From: the human T2T-CHM13v2.0 reference genome, Homo sapiens
Length of the DNA: 64,000 nucleotides
Assembly: GCF_009914755.1 (NCBI RefSeq)
Contig: NC_060925.1
Reading direction: 5' to 3' (one strand)
Positions 15,009-30,458 of the stretch are shown piece after piece. Below the pieces are notes generated by a model. It saw only the letters and a program-made list of their open reading frames with translations, was not told the origin of the DNA and made no database searches. Positions within the stretch are counted from its first letter, which is position 1. Each line of letters starts with the position of its first letter. The translations under genes were made by a program, and so were the position numbers.

Positions 15009-15739
15009 GATGTTTTTTATTTTACCTGGTTTTAATATACTTAAATTTAGGAGATGTGATTTTTTTTTTTTTTTTTGCTCTCTTGGCATATCTTATTGCA
15101 AAATATTTATTATGACCCTGCTAAGAGGAATTTTTATTAAATTTTTCAAGTTTTACTTTTAATATAAATTGGGTTGATTATATTATGGTTTAATGCTAAA
15201 ACTGTAGATTTAAATGTGTATTTTGATATTTTGTCATCTCAAAAATAATAAAAATTACAATTGTAGAGATTATTTGAAGAAAATAAGCTTTTCTTGGGTT
15301 TGTAGTTCTTCATAATATAAAATTTTTAATTAAATATTAATTGGATACATAAAAAATTAAATACTAATTTTCAAGTTTAACGAATAGTACTTTCTGATTA
15401 CAAAGTAAAATTCTATTGAAGAAATTCATTGTGTATGGAAGATGATTTCTAAAAGGCTTTGTGAAAATTGCATTGTGAGTTGGGTGTGTCAGTAAAGCTT
15501 GCTTTCTAGAGGAGTCTTACATTAACTCCTTTTGTAGAGCAGTTCTTGCCCAACTTAAAATTTTTACAAACATGGTTTTCATGTGTCAGATTTGTTTTTG
15601 TGAAGGCTGGCTAGAAGATAATGCATCTTTTGTGAAAGATGTAGTGAAAGTTTCTCAATCTAATTAAACACCATGTGGAGCTGAAATTCAGTCCATAGCT
15701 GAATGATTATGCTTTTATTGAATGTGTAATTGTTTGTGG

Positions 15740-16895
15740 TATAAGTATGCCTTGCTAAAACAGTCTCTGTTAGGTTTTCATAAAACATTACTCCCCTGCC
15801 CCACTGAGGAGTTTCTAACTCTTGCTGGTTCCTCATCTTTTGCCCAGTTGCTGAGTGTTGGATTGCCCTTGAGCTCTTTCCTGGACTCTGTATTCTTTAT
15901 CTGCACTTTCCTAGTTATTTGAATAGTAATTATATGTCAGTGGTTCCCAAACTTTCCTCCACCTGTGACCATCCAAAGAGTTCCAAACCCTGTATATCCA
16001 GTGTCTGGATCTCTGGTTGTATGTTTAATAGGCATCTCAAATTTAAGTTGGACAAAATAAAACTTAATGATTTCTCCCTCAAAAGCCATCTTAGTATACA
16101 GTATCACCATCTACTTATCTACTCAAGCTGAAAATCTAGGAATCACCCTTGATTTCTCCCTTTCTTTCACCTCCCACATAGTACAATTCATCAGTAAGTC
16201 CTGTTGGTTTTGCTGCCACATTATGTCACAAATCCAGTCACTTTTCATTGCTGTCAGTCTAGTGTCTCACGTCATCATCCTTTCTCCCCTAGATGACTGT
16301 AGTAACTTCTCAACTTTTCCCTCTCTATGGTACATGTTCCACACAGCAGCCAGAAGCATCTTTTAGAAACACAAACGAAGTTTGATTCCTGATGGCTTCT
16401 AATTGTATTTAGAATAAATTTAAATTTCTACCATAGCCTGTATGGCTTTTCTTGTTCTAGATTCTACCTACCTTTAAAATTTCTTCCCAATCCCATGTCA
16501 CTTTTCTCATTGCTGATAACACTCTAACCTGTTGGCTTTTCTATTTCTTAAAAATGCCTTCGAACTTTTGTGTTTGTTCTTTTTATTTGAAATGGTTTGC
16601 CCATAGGTATTTGTTTGACTGCATTCTTGTCATTCTGGTGCCGTTTCAAAGCCCTTCTCAATGAGTGCCCCTTGGCCACCTGCTTTAAATTAAATTAGCC
16701 AAACCTCTGTCCAACAATAACTTTCTCTAACGGTACCTTGCTTTGTGTTCTTCATAGCTTTATCACTTATTCATTTATTTGCTTGTTTATTATCTCTATC
16801 TCTTCTAGAAAATTCTCCAATAGCAGAAACTTTGTTGTGTTCTCAGCACTTAGCATAATTCTGACACGTAAAAGATGCTGAATAAATGTTATGAA
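15740..16895 (+). mobile_element. L2 element
   Basis: L2 ORF2/3' text ending gctgaataaatgttatgaa. Confidence 0.7.
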
Positions 16896-17167
16896 ATAAG
16901 GCAATTCAGTTCTCTGAGAAAATGGGCCGTTTTGAAGGGTTATTGTGATGTTTAGATGATAATGTATAGAGATACTCTGTAATAATTGCTATTATTTTGG
17001 TGGTTATAATGTTATTGTGGGATGTGATACCAAGGAACTACTTTGTAAAACTTGCATTTTAACATCAGATATTTCATGTAGGTTTGAAACTTTTGTAAGT
17101 TTGTCAAGAGAAATATCCTTTTTAACAAAAAATCTGGAGTATTTTGTGTATACTCAGTTATGTTATT

Positions 17168-17181
17168 CTGCCACCTGGTGG
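17168..17181 (-). promoter_or_regulatory. Candidate CTCF binding site, CCACCAGGTGGCAG
   Basis: Exact fit to the CTCF core consensus CCASYAGRKGGCRS within an AT-rich intron. Confidence 0.55.
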
Positions 17182-18418
17182 ATATTAACACATATGTAAT
17201 GACATTGTTTTCCCTATAGTGCATTTTAATCCCTTAAAGAAAAACTTTGGATAATGACTAATATTAGCAAAATTGACGTAATTGTCCAATTGAATCAACT
17301 AAAAATATTTAAATTATTTTTCTGAATCCTAGTAAGCTTAGTAGTGAAATCAGGAAATGATTTCCCGTGAAACTAAATAGCCTAGAACAAAATGTCCCCT
17401 TTTCACCAGAAAACTGACAGTCTAATAATTGAGAATTTTGTTATATAAGAATAGAAAGTACACAGATGTTACTTATTGCTGTTTGCCAAAATTAAATTTC
17501 TTTCTAAAGTTTTGTTTAAAATATGTGTAACTGTAGAATATGTAACACATTTTTACCCAGTAGTAAATATTATGTATGTGTGTATATAAGAAATTTTAGA
17601 TACTTTCCTAATATTTACTGATGAGTTCATAGTTCATTGCTAATAATAACATATTTTCTAAAATCATAAATGGCAAAATCAGTATATTTTTTATTAAAGC
17701 ATGCCAAAAAAAGTAGTTTTTGCATTAGTGATACACTTTATGGTGTATATTTTCAAATAGAGTATCTACTCAGACAAAAAAAAGTACAGCTAGACGAGGA
17801 GACATTTCAGTATATGCTCAGTTAATATTCTATTCACAAAATAAATAAAACTAATTGGAGTATGTTTTTTAAATACAGACTTTATATAAAAATAATGCTC
17901 AGCTTTAGTACAGAATCTTAATTTTCCTTAATGTAACTATGAGTTGGCAATAAATAGCTGATTGCTCAAGATGTTTGACAAATGTCATTTGTGCCAATAA
18001 TTTTTCGGTAAGTTCTGATCTAGGTTAATAGTTGAGTAGCATAAGCAGAAACAGTTTCTATAGTTAGGAAAAATAAACTAGGAAACTGTTTACTATGTAG
18101 TTTGGCCACAGAACAGGATAATATTCAGCATCTTTTTTCTTACACACACATTATTTTTAACCTTTACTACATTTATAACCTACAAGCTATTTTTATGAGG
18201 ATCTGTAGGTTTACTTAATGTACCTTATATTTTGCAGCAAGGTAAAACATCCAGTTTTCTCACTTTTGTTAAGTAGTCACAAATCAAGTATAGTTTTAAG
18301 ATAAATATGTCATTTGCCACTTATACTCTGATCTGTGTAATATAGATGATAGTGAAAAAAGTTAAAATGAGTTTTTAAAAGTAATTTTGTATTCTTTTGT
18401 GTTCTCTTTCTCTGCTAG

Positions 18419-18574
18419 TCTGTGCAGATAATAATCATGTCCGGACGTGGACAGTAACACGATTCAGAGGAATGATCTCTACTCAGCCAGGTTCTACTCC
18501 TTTAGCGTCATTCAAGATACTATCCCTGGAGGAGACAGAAAGTCATGGTAGCTATTCCTCTGGAAATGACATAG
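18419..18574 (+). CDS. KCTD3: KCTD3 exon (~14): [52 protein letters not shown]
   Basis: Long pyrimidine tract plus ctAG, TAG|GTGGGT donor, 156 nt; overlaps ORF 18397..18642. Confidence 0.93.
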
Positions 18575-19339
18575 GTGGGTTAGGTTATTTTAGGGCATTT
18601 TTAGGTACTATATTAACTGTTCAGAAGAAGCATATCAACTAATAAAACCACAAAAATGAGTTTTAAATACAAATTTTCCATTTTAATTTTGAAATTCTAA
18701 ACAGAATTTTAGTGTGTTTTTCTGATTAAATTCTATAAATTCACAAAATTATTTTATTGCAGCGTTTTTCCTTAAAATGTTAGAGCAAATTTTTCCTCTT
18801 ATTAATGTTTCATCATTTAAAGAATGTCATCTTCACATGTTAACTACTTTTATTTATTATTAAAACTATGATAACTGTGTACATTTGACATTTGAAATTT
18901 TTTTTGTTAATCTACTGAAAATAAAATTTGAAGCTAGAAAAACGTTGGTCCCTATAAATGAGAGTCATTTTGATGACATCGTAATATTCATTAGGAAACA
19001 ATGTAGTATGTCTCCTTTGATATTCTCTGATTTCAGCAAAAGGTGTATAAGTTTAGTTTAGGTTTTCTCTCTATACACCATACATACGTGTGCACATGGG
19101 CACTCACACATCCACACATGTGTGCATACACATATACAGTCTTCATAGAGATAGATCATTCCACCCCCGGCCCCATTTGAAAGAATCTCACTGTCCTTAT
19201 AAGCTACTTAAGAGAATTCTACTACCACAGCCTTACTATTTTTAGAAAGAGAAATATGCAGTGTTACCAGTTTTAACAGTTGTTATATAATCCCAGTTCT
19301 CTGCATGATTCTAGGCACTGGAAGTTTATATTGTTATTT

Positions 19340-20430
19340 ATTCAACAAATATTTATCGAGTACTTGTGTTCTAGATATTAGAAATTTTAAAAAGTGCGGT
19401 GAACATCAACTTACAATGTAGTGAGCAGTGGGAATTAAAATAAAACAGTTGCATTTTGCAACTTTGCTTAAAGGCATAGGTCAAAAAGAACCCGGAGGAG
19501 ATAGTGCCAGGATCTATGTTAGAGGTTGTAATATATGCTCTCGTTTAATCTTGACAATTTAGGAGGTAGATACCCCACTTAATGTTGACAGAAGCTGACA
19601 TTCAGACAGAGAACACACAGAGGTTTTAATGTTTGAACTGATACATGAAGGATAGACATTTGTTGGGTGTGGAAGGTTCTAAGGTTGGAACATTCCTGGC
19701 AGAGAAAACAGCAAGTTAAAAGGGTAGAGGCCAAGGGAACTTGACAAGTTTAGAAAATGTCAAGAAGGTCATTAATTGTTGGATTATAGGATATGTGGGT
19801 AAGAATAGTAAGACATACTGAGTGAATAGGCCAGTGCCGGATCGTGGAAGGCATCTATACATCAAACTAAGAAATTTAGATTTTATCTTGTAAGTAATGG
19901 AGACCTTTTGAAGAATTTTGAGAATGATACTAGATTTGTGATATATATAATTCATCTTTCAAGAGCATGCAAGAAGACTTGACAGTGAAGACATGAGAGA
20001 GTGAAGCAAGGAAACCAGAAAGGAGGAATTTATTAACCAAAGTGCATGGTGGTCATTGACTAGATGTGGCAGGCATGAGAGAGGAAGGAGTCTAAAGTGA
20101 CCCTAAGGATTCTTGAGAAATGGAGTAGCTGAGTATTATTTACTAAATAAAGAAATATAGGAAGAAGAACTTATTTTGAAAACAAAGATGAATTCAGACT
20201 TGTATATTTTGAGTGATGATGCATATGGATACTATTCTGTGGTATGAAGATATACCTGGTTCTGTGGTATGAAGATATACCTGGTTTCTGGAGAAAGAAC
20301 TTAACTAGAAGTTATGTTTATGAGTATTCAGCATATAAGAAGCACCTGAAAGCCCCAGGAGTAGATGTATTGTTCAGGGAGAGCATGTGTATTGTGAATA
20401 AAAAGATATTTATAAACAGCCCTGTAAATT
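19340..20430 (-). mobile_element. L2 element(s) with a MIR-like insert
   Basis: Starts ttcaacaaatatttatcgagtac (L2 3' end antisense). Confidence 0.6.
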
Positions 20431-21079
20431 AATTATAAAACCCAGTAAGATAAAGGGGACAGGGAGGCTTTTCATTCCTCTTTATAGTGGTATTTAAAAT
20501 ATATATATCTTCATAGACAAATGGACATACAGATTAGTGGAACAGAGTAGAGTCCAGATTCAGTAGAGTGGTAAAGGTGAAATCTACATTGTAATGGGTA
20601 ATGGGGTAATAGATATTGGAGGTGACCATGAAATAAAGAAGTAATGGAGCTAGTTGGAAGGCAGGGAAGTTCAAAGGTCATATTTTTACACATGATCTTA
20701 GCCAAAAGGCCAAGAAGCGATCAAAGGTCATTTTTTTTTATTCCTCCAACTTTCTCCCTCATTAAAGTTAAGAAAGACCTAGGAATATTTTGTATTCCAA
20801 GGAAAGGAGCCAGTTTGGGAAGGGAAACTATAAATGGGAGGTGGGGGAAGCGAGGGCAAAGAAGGTATGAAGAATAGGTTATGGGTCAGTCTCATGTCAA
20901 CATGAAGTTCAAAGGGAGAGAAGATACAGTTCTATAGTCTTCTCATTCCTAGTTATTTTATTCTGAGTTATTCATTGTCAATATTTTGACTTTGTTTATG
21001 AGTTATTGAATGAGGATTGTCATTTCATTTTAATAAAATTAGAGATCAGAAGGTTCCAGTAATTGAGCAACTGCATAAT

Positions 21080-21305
21080 ATACTGAAGAGCCAGACAGGT
21101 TTGTTTGAATTCCACTTCCATCATATAGGACCTATGAGAACTTTGGTTAACTAATCTCTTGGTGCCTTATTTTTTTCATCTGTAAAATGGAGATGGTAAA
21201 TAATAGTACCTCCCTTATGTGGTTATTATGGTGATTAAAATGAGTATATATTTGGAAAGCATTTACGGTGGCACATAGTAAGTACAGTATAAGTATTAGC
21301 TAATA
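21080..21305 (+). mobile_element. MIR
   Basis: MIR core tcatctgtaaaatggagat. Confidence 0.7.
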
Positions 21306-22226
21306 ATAAAGATGACATTGGTTCATTTAATAAGTACATGTATGATTCATGTAACATAACGGGATATATTGTCTTTAAAATTTTTATTGTAAATCTTTTT
21401 ACAATACTTTTTATGAATTGTAAGTTGATATTATTTTAGCTACTAAGTGTAATGGGAAAAGAGAATTATTAAAATTTTATGTTTAAGTTTTAAACAAAAA
21501 CTTTTTTTCTTTACATTGTTGTTCAGGATCTTTCTAAAATATAATGGGCTATTTATCTGTCTTGCCAAATACAATAAAGTGAAAATAATTGAATCTTTCC
21601 TTTTAGATTGAAAAGCTTCAGGGTGCAACTCAGTAGTACATTTTATACTGTACTTTAATCTTCATACTGTGTTTTTCTCTTGGTTTACCAATTACCTTAT
21701 ATAAAATTGTGTGTGTGTTTTTTTAATTTGCATCTTTAAAAAGAAGAAATGTGGTTAACAGAAGCTTCAACTAATTACATTCCATCTGATGAAGTTTCAC
21801 TTTATATTTTAAGATTTTGTGTGTTGTCTTCTAAAAAGTAAAATCACTACATGAAATGACTTAATGTATACGTCTCTTTTAAGTTATAAGAATCTAAGCA
21901 CATCCCCAAAGATAGTAAATATCTTAACAGGTCTCCTGCTAGTACTGTTAATGTGGCACCTTAGGAAATTTTTTCTTTTAGCTTTTACAGCCTTAGTTAT
22001 ATATAAAATATAATTTAGAAATAATTGTGTATTTCTTTAAAAATGTTCTAATGCAAATTGAAGTACTTGTATACATTTATTGCATGTCTGATGTTGAGCT
22101 GAAATGTGATACCATATTGGTACGTATAAGAAATTCTTTTCTTATATTAATATTAATGTTCCTTTTGTAAAATGAGAAAAAATAAAATTTTAATTAATTT
22201 TTTGACATTTTTGTTTTCTGATCAAG

Positions 22227-22323
22227 GACCTTTTGGAGAGCGAGACGATCAACAGGTGTTTATCCAGAAAGTTGTTCCCATCACCAACAAACTATTTGTA
22301 AGACTCTCATCGACTGGAAAAAG
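22227..22323 (+). CDS. KCTD3: KCTD3 exon (~15): [33 protein letters not shown]
   Basis: tcAAG acceptor, AAG|GTAACA donor, 97 nt, phase 1 to 2. Confidence 0.92.
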
Positions 22324-23329
22324 GTAACACTTTATTGTAAAAATATTTGTATTCAGAAGCCACCTTTTGTCTTACAAAACATATGGCATAATTTGACATA
22401 TTGACCAAAGAGTGCTACTAGAAACAAATTGTTGGGACAGAAGTCTGTTATCTCATAATCATAACTCAAAATTAAGACAGTAGACTTTATGCTTACTTTC
22501 TGGGATTTAAGAGTTTCACTGATGCTGTGGACAGTTAGGAGGGACTAGTGATAGAATAAGAACACAGTGAACTTTTTTTCATGGCCAAACATAAATACTT
22601 ATTAATTTTGTTATTATAAACAGTTTCTATCTTTAAAAAACCTGGAACTTAAATATTTTCCATCCCATATAAATCTGTATACATTATTGATGTTTCTCAA
22701 ATAAAACATTACAGATTTCCTGATTCAGTATCCCCTTTTAAAATAAAAATGATATTAATAACACTAATTTGCATAATCTTGGCACAGCTTACAACATAGC
22801 ACACATTTTTTTTTTCTATTTTAGACCTATTTCCATCTACTTTAACATGGAGAGAAATTGTCTGTCTCCGTGAGAGTAGGATTCCTGTCTTTATGCAGTC
22901 TCCTCAGTATTTGTTTGTGAATGCTGCACTTATGCTTCCATTATATGGCACTGGCAGTATTCCTCTGCTTTTGTCTTCAGAAATGATTTCTATTCAAACT
23001 TAAAGAACATAGTGAATTTGCTGGCAGACGGCTGAACTAATTCTGGCACTTCCTGTTACTAGCTATGTAAATACAACTCAAGTTATTTTATTTCCCTTAT
23101 CCCAGTTTCTTTATAAAATAAGGTTCAACGACTTTGGCAGGATTTCATAGGATAAAATAAATTTCAAAAATGAAATATCTCTCATAGTACCTAACCATAA
23201 TAGATGTACAGTAGAAGTTAATTTCCTCTTCCTTTTCTATTGACTGAAATTTTACTTCTTTTAAAATTATTATTTATAACCTCAGATTTTGCTTCAACAT
23301 TCCTCTGCATTAAACAAATTTTTTTGACG

Positions 23330-23550
23330 ATGAGAACACATGGACACATGGAAGGGAACAACACACAACAAGGAGCCTGTTGGGGGTGAGCGGGGCCGGG
23401 GAGAGAGAGAGCATCAGGAAGAATAGCTAATGGATGCTGGGTTTAATACCTAGGTGATGGGTTGATCTATGCAGCAAACCACTATGGCACATGTGTAACA
23501 GACCTGCACATCCCGCACATGTACCCCAGAACTTAAAAGTTACAGGGAAA
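23330..23550 (+). mobile_element. Short L1PA 3'-end insertion
   Basis: tgagaacacatggacac...gcagcaaaccactatggcac...gaacttaaaagt. Confidence 0.85.
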
Positions 23551-23629
23551 AAGTTTTTTGCATGTCAAACAAATGAAAAAAGTAACTTTCCTGTTAATAG
23601 TCCATTAGGAAGGTTATTGTTTTCATTTT

Positions 23630-23710
23630 ATTTATTTATGAATGAGACGGAGTCTTGCTCTTTTGCCAGGCTAGAGTGCTGTGGTGTGATCTCAGCTCAC
23701 TGCAACCTCC
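23630..23710 (-). mobile_element. Alu 3' fragment
   Basis: gagacggagtcttgctc...ctgcaacctcc. Confidence 0.8.
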
Positions 23711-23711
23711 A

Positions 23712-24418
23712 GACATGTGTCTGTTCGTGTCGTTTGCCCACTTTCTAATGGAGTCATGTTTTACTTGTTGATTTGAGTTCCTTATAGATGCTGGATATTA
23801 GACCTTTGTCAGATGCTTAGTTTGCAGATATTTTCTCCTATCCTGTAGGTTGTCTGTTTACTCTGTTGATAGTTTCTTTTGTGGTGCAAGTGCTCTTTAC
23901 TTTAATAAGGTCCCACTTGTCAATTTTTGTTTTTGTTGCAGTTGCTTTTGGAGTCTTTGTCATGAGATCTTTGCCAGGGCTGATGTCCAGGTTGATATTT
24001 CCTAGGTTTCCTTCTAGGGTTTTTACAGTTTTAGGTTTTACATTTAAGTCTTTACTGCATCTTCTGTTGATTTTTGTATGTAGTAAGAGGAAGGGGTTGA
24101 GTTTGAATCTTCTGCAAATGGCTAGCCAGTAATCCCAGCACCATTTATTGAATAGGGAGTCTTTTCCCCATTGTTTATTATCAGCTTTGTTGAAGATCAG
24201 GTGGTTTTAAGTATATGGCTTTGTTTTCTGGGTTCTGCATCCTGTTGCTTTGGTCTATGTGTTTGTTTTTGTACCGGTACCATGCTGTTTTGGTTATTGT
24301 AGCCTTGTAGAATAGTTTAAAGTTGGGTAGTGTGACGTCTCTGGCTTTGTTCATTTGCTTAGGATTGCTTTGTCTATTTTATTTGGGCTCTTTTTTGGTT
24401 TCATAGGAACTTTAGAAT

Positions 24419-24454
<36 letters not shown>

Positions 24455-25150
24455 GACAGAGTCTCACTCTGTCACCCAGGCTGGAGTGCAGTGGTGTAAT
24501 ATCAGCTTACTGCAAGCTCTGCCTCCCGGGTTCACACTATTCTCCTGCGTCAGTTCCTGAGTAGCTGGGATTACAAATGCATGCCACCACGCCTGGCTAA
24601 TTTTTTGCATCTTTAGTAGAGACGGGGTTTCACTGTGTTAGCCAGGATGGTCTCGATCTCCTGACCTCATGATCCGCTCACCTCCGCCTCCCAAAGTGCT
24701 GGGATTACAGGCGTGAGCCACTGCATCCGGCCTAGAAATAGTTTTTTCTAATTCTGTGAAAAATGTCATTGGTAGTTTGATAAGAATAGCATTGATGTAA
24801 TTACTTTGTGTAGCATGGCCATTTTAACAATATTAATTCTTTCTATCCATGGTCATGGAATGTTGTTCCACTTGTTTGTGTTGTCTGCTTTCTTCGAGCA
24901 GTGTTTTTGTAATTCTTGTCTTAAAGATCTTTCACCTCTGTGGTTTGCTGTATTTCTAGGTATTTTATTCTTTTTGTGGCTTTTGTGAATGGGATTGCAT
25001 TCTTGATTTGGCTCTCAGTTTTAATGTTAATTGGTGTATAGAAATGCTACTGATTTTTGTACATTGATTTTGTTTTTTAAAACTTTGCTGAAGTTGTTTA
25101 TTAGATGTAGGAGCCTTTGGCAGAGACTGTGGGGTTTTCTAGGTATAGAA
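23712..25150 (-). mobile_element. L1 (L1PB/L1MA-like) ORF2 fragment interrupted by an Alu
   Basis: Antisense L1 ORF2 text continuous on both sides of the 24421-24732 Alu. Confidence 0.85.
24421..24732 (-). mobile_element. AluY-like, nested in L1
   Basis: Long poly-T, ctgcaagctc diagnostic, TSD-like tagaatagtttttt / tagaaatagtttttt. Confidence 0.92.
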
Positions 25151-25740
25151 TCATTTTATTTTCATTTTAATGTTACTAATCCTGTTCATTTTAAAATTTT
25201 ATGGCTGCATTTTCAACATATCTGTTAATATTTTGATGAATAAATTCTTTGAGATGAATTTTTTACATCAAAGTTCATTATCAAATTGCATAAATGACTG
25301 TGATGTAGTGTTCTCTGCATAGTGAAGAAACTGCCAAATGTTATTAAAACTGGTATCATAACATTCTCTAACAATGTAGTATATCATATTTACTTATTCA
25401 ATTCTAATATCCCCTCTTCTGTTATTTCTGATATCCCCCTTTCTGTTATTTCTAACAGTAACACTGTGCAATTTCTGCATAATAAAACAAATTTTATAAT
25501 TTTTAAGTTTATGATTCCAAAGGAAAAGCTATAGTTACAAAAATAACATGCAGAAATTACTCTGTAGAATTGAATAGAAAATTAGCCCTTTATAAAGCTA
25601 TAGTGAACCAAAGATTTTGTTTAAGGACAGTTCAGGCTCTTAATAGTGAGAAGTGAAATGAAAGGGTTTTATTTAAAGGAAGCAAGAAAAAACCTTGTAG
25701 AAAATTTTAAATAAAGGAGTAGTTTTAAGAAATCTATCCC

Positions 25741-26590
<850 letters not shown>

Positions 26591-26870
26591 GTTTTCATAT
26601 GCATACAAATGTTGATTTGTTTTATTTGAAACATAAACAGGACTCTGAGGAGGGAGTTGTTGAACATTTTAAATCAATTTACAGATATTATTTAAAAATA
26701 AATGTAATTCACTAAATTATGATCATCTTGATAAATACAGGAATAAAATCTGATAATTTGTCACCTATTTATGATTTAAAAAAACCCTAGCAACTAAAAA
26801 AAGGGAAATTTTAAAATCTGATAATGCCCATGAAAATAATTCTTTCAAACTTTATATTGGCGAAATATTA

Positions 26871-27920
<1,050 letters not shown>

Positions 27921-27934
27921 CCTTTTTTTTGCCA

Positions 27935-28570
27935 AGGAGTGAAGGACATTCTGCCCCAAAATAGGCCAAATTGGTATATTGATTATTTTGAGGTGAAAAC
28001 ATTAGAGAAATTGTCATTTCAGAAGGGGATAGCTGACCTCTCTCTTCCTACATGCAGCAAGCCAGAAGATTTTCTCGGAGTTTTATCCTCCCTGTACCAG
28101 GACAGGAGAGTGGGAACTGGGGGCTGCAGTGGACCTGAGTGAATATGCTTACCTTCCACTAGTTTTACATTGTCCCACTATATATATATATAATGTATAT
28201 ATATAATACATATTTAATATATATTAAATATATATTACATATATTTAGTATATACGTAATATATATTAAATATATATAATATATATGTATATCTTCTAGT
28301 GACTCCCTTAGAAATTTACTGCCTCTAGTCAGATTTTCTTTATCCTGTCATTTGTTCTACAGTTTATCATTCTTTGTCTGAATTGTATAAAAGCATCTTG
28401 CTGTGGCCACTTCTTTGGACCTCACTCTCTTGTGAAGATTCCCATGTACATGTAAAACTAATAAAATGTATATGCTTCTCTCTTGTCAGTCTGTGTGGTG
28501 TCAGTTTGGTTTCTAGATCCAGCCAAGAGCCCACATAACTAAAAGGGCATTTGGAGGTAAACTTTCACTT
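27935..28570 (+). mobile_element. MER34/MER39-like LTR containing a TA-rich tract
   Basis: gccccaaaataggccaaattggtatattgattattttgag...; AATAAA-containing LTR 3' part. Confidence 0.6.
28178..28292. repeat. (TA)n-rich quasi-palindromic tract
   Basis: Seen directly. Confidence 0.9.
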
Positions 28571-29287
28571 TCCTTAGAGTTGATTGTTGCATGAGAGTAC
28601 AGGAAAAATACTTTGGTTTGTTTATTCCTGTATTCACAAACCTTGAGCTCAAGAATGAGACTAGGATAGTCTTTATCACTACATGTGGGCATGTAGGAAT
28701 TATCTTTTTCCCTCCTTTTTGTCCGGCCTACTAGGAAGCTCATCTAAGCTTCATATTCTATTCCTGTATGCTTCTCAAATTCATGTGGATTGTATTTTTT
28801 TTTGTCTATTTTTTTGACCTTGCGTTTGCCTATACTGATTTTTCTTTTTTAATAAACTCCCTCAACTCTTTTGAAGTAGGCTGGGATAACTAATTCAGTC
28901 AAGTACAATTCAGTTAGCCCTTACGTGACTTTGGAACAATCATTTGCTGATGTTATCCCATTGTTTCCTGATCCGTCAATGTGGATAAAAATTGTTCTCT
29001 CTCAGGTTCTTTTATCTTTTATGAAAATCAACTAAAAAGTCATAAAAATCTTTTTTTGAAGTTGAGTATTATCCTAATGATGGATACAATATGGGCCATC
29101 TCCATAGAGCTGTATATTTTTTCTGGTTTCAGATTTTAAAGATTTACACATAAATTTTAAATGATTTTTTAAAAGTCTTTTCTAGTATAACATGTTTGCT
29201 TTCTTTCTTTCTGTCTTTTTAGTTTCATAGCTTCTTTTTAAATAATTGCTCATTCCCATCAGGGCTCTTTCTGCTTTTCTTTTGCAG

Positions 29288-29472
29288 AATATGTGAGATC
29301 CAGGCTGTTGACTGTACTACAATATCCTCATTTACAGTGAGGGAATGTGAGGGATCCAGTAGGATGGGCTCAAGACCAAGGCGCTACTTGTTCACAGGCC
29401 ATACAAATGGCAGTATTCAAATGTGGGATCTGACCACTGCTATGGATATGGTTAACAAAAGTGAAGATAAGG
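29288..29472 (+). CDS. KCTD3: KCTD3 exon (~16): [61 protein letters not shown]
   Basis: ttttgCAG acceptor, AGG|GTAGGT donor, 185 nt; contains the WD40 signature [14 protein letters not shown]. Confidence 0.94.
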
Positions 29473-29554
29473 GTAGGTTCTCATACAGAAAGATGTTTGT
29501 CACAAGGTTAAGCTTTTCACTTAAGTGATTTTAATGACTATTTGTTCTCCTAAG

Positions 29555-29693
29555 ATGTAGGTGGTCCAACCGAAGAAGAGCTACTCAAATTACTCGATCA
29601 ATGTGATTTGAGCACATCTCGCTGTGCTACTCCTAACATCAGTCCAGCAACTTCCGTAGTTCAGCATAGCCACTTACGAGAATCAAATTCTAG
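29555..29693 (+). CDS. KCTD3: KCTD3 exon (~17): [47 protein letters not shown]
   Basis: cctAAG acceptor (alternative TAG 6 nt downstream), TAG|GTAGGT donor, 139 nt. Confidence 0.9.
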
Positions 29694-30458
29694 GTAGGTT
29701 AAAGAGTTGGGTATTATAAACAAAATTTATTTCTTTTGGGGAAATTGACTGAAATATTGTAATCACATAGTTGTTCTAGAAAGCCATACTTCTCAAGGTA
29801 CATTTTAAATTCAGACATTATGTTAACTTTTTAACAGTTTTACCAAATTTCTTGATAGGCATATCTGGTTCTTTTCATAGAAAAACATTTTTACCTTTTA
29901 ACTTATTTTGTGAATTGCTGCCCAATTGGAAGCCTATTATGTGATCAAGAATTTATTCAAAGGAAATTAGGAAAATTACATGTCACCTTGGTTAGTATGT
30001 GAAGCTTTAATTATTGTCCTGTCTCAGGGACAATATTTATCTGTGGTTCTATTATGTTGTCTAGTCTTACATTTAAGCATTATGTAATTTTAATACAAAG
30101 TTCCATAATGTCTTTTTAGTTATCATATTGATAAATTCCAAAGTCTGAAGAACCAAGGGCTAAATACTGAATTATGATGGTTTCACATTGGTTTCAAGGA
30201 TTTTTCCTCCCATCTTTTTTTTAGCTGTTCAAAAATTCAGCATGTCTGTGAATATATGATGGTATTATTTGCATTGGTAATTTTATATACCATCTATATA
30301 ATAAAGAGTACTTGATAAGTATATTTTTACAAAGAGAAATATGGATATAATACACTTTATGTATTTATATAGTGTGTTTTATTGGTTGTATAATTAATAT
30401 GTTCCTGAGAAATCACAGAGTGAAATCTGAACTGTCATTTTTAAAAACTGTATTTCAG

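Noticed and set aside
23330-25150. Sense L1 3' end next to an antisense L1 as a twin-priming inversion
   Set aside because: The pieces are tail-to-tail, separated by other sequence, and look like different subfamilies
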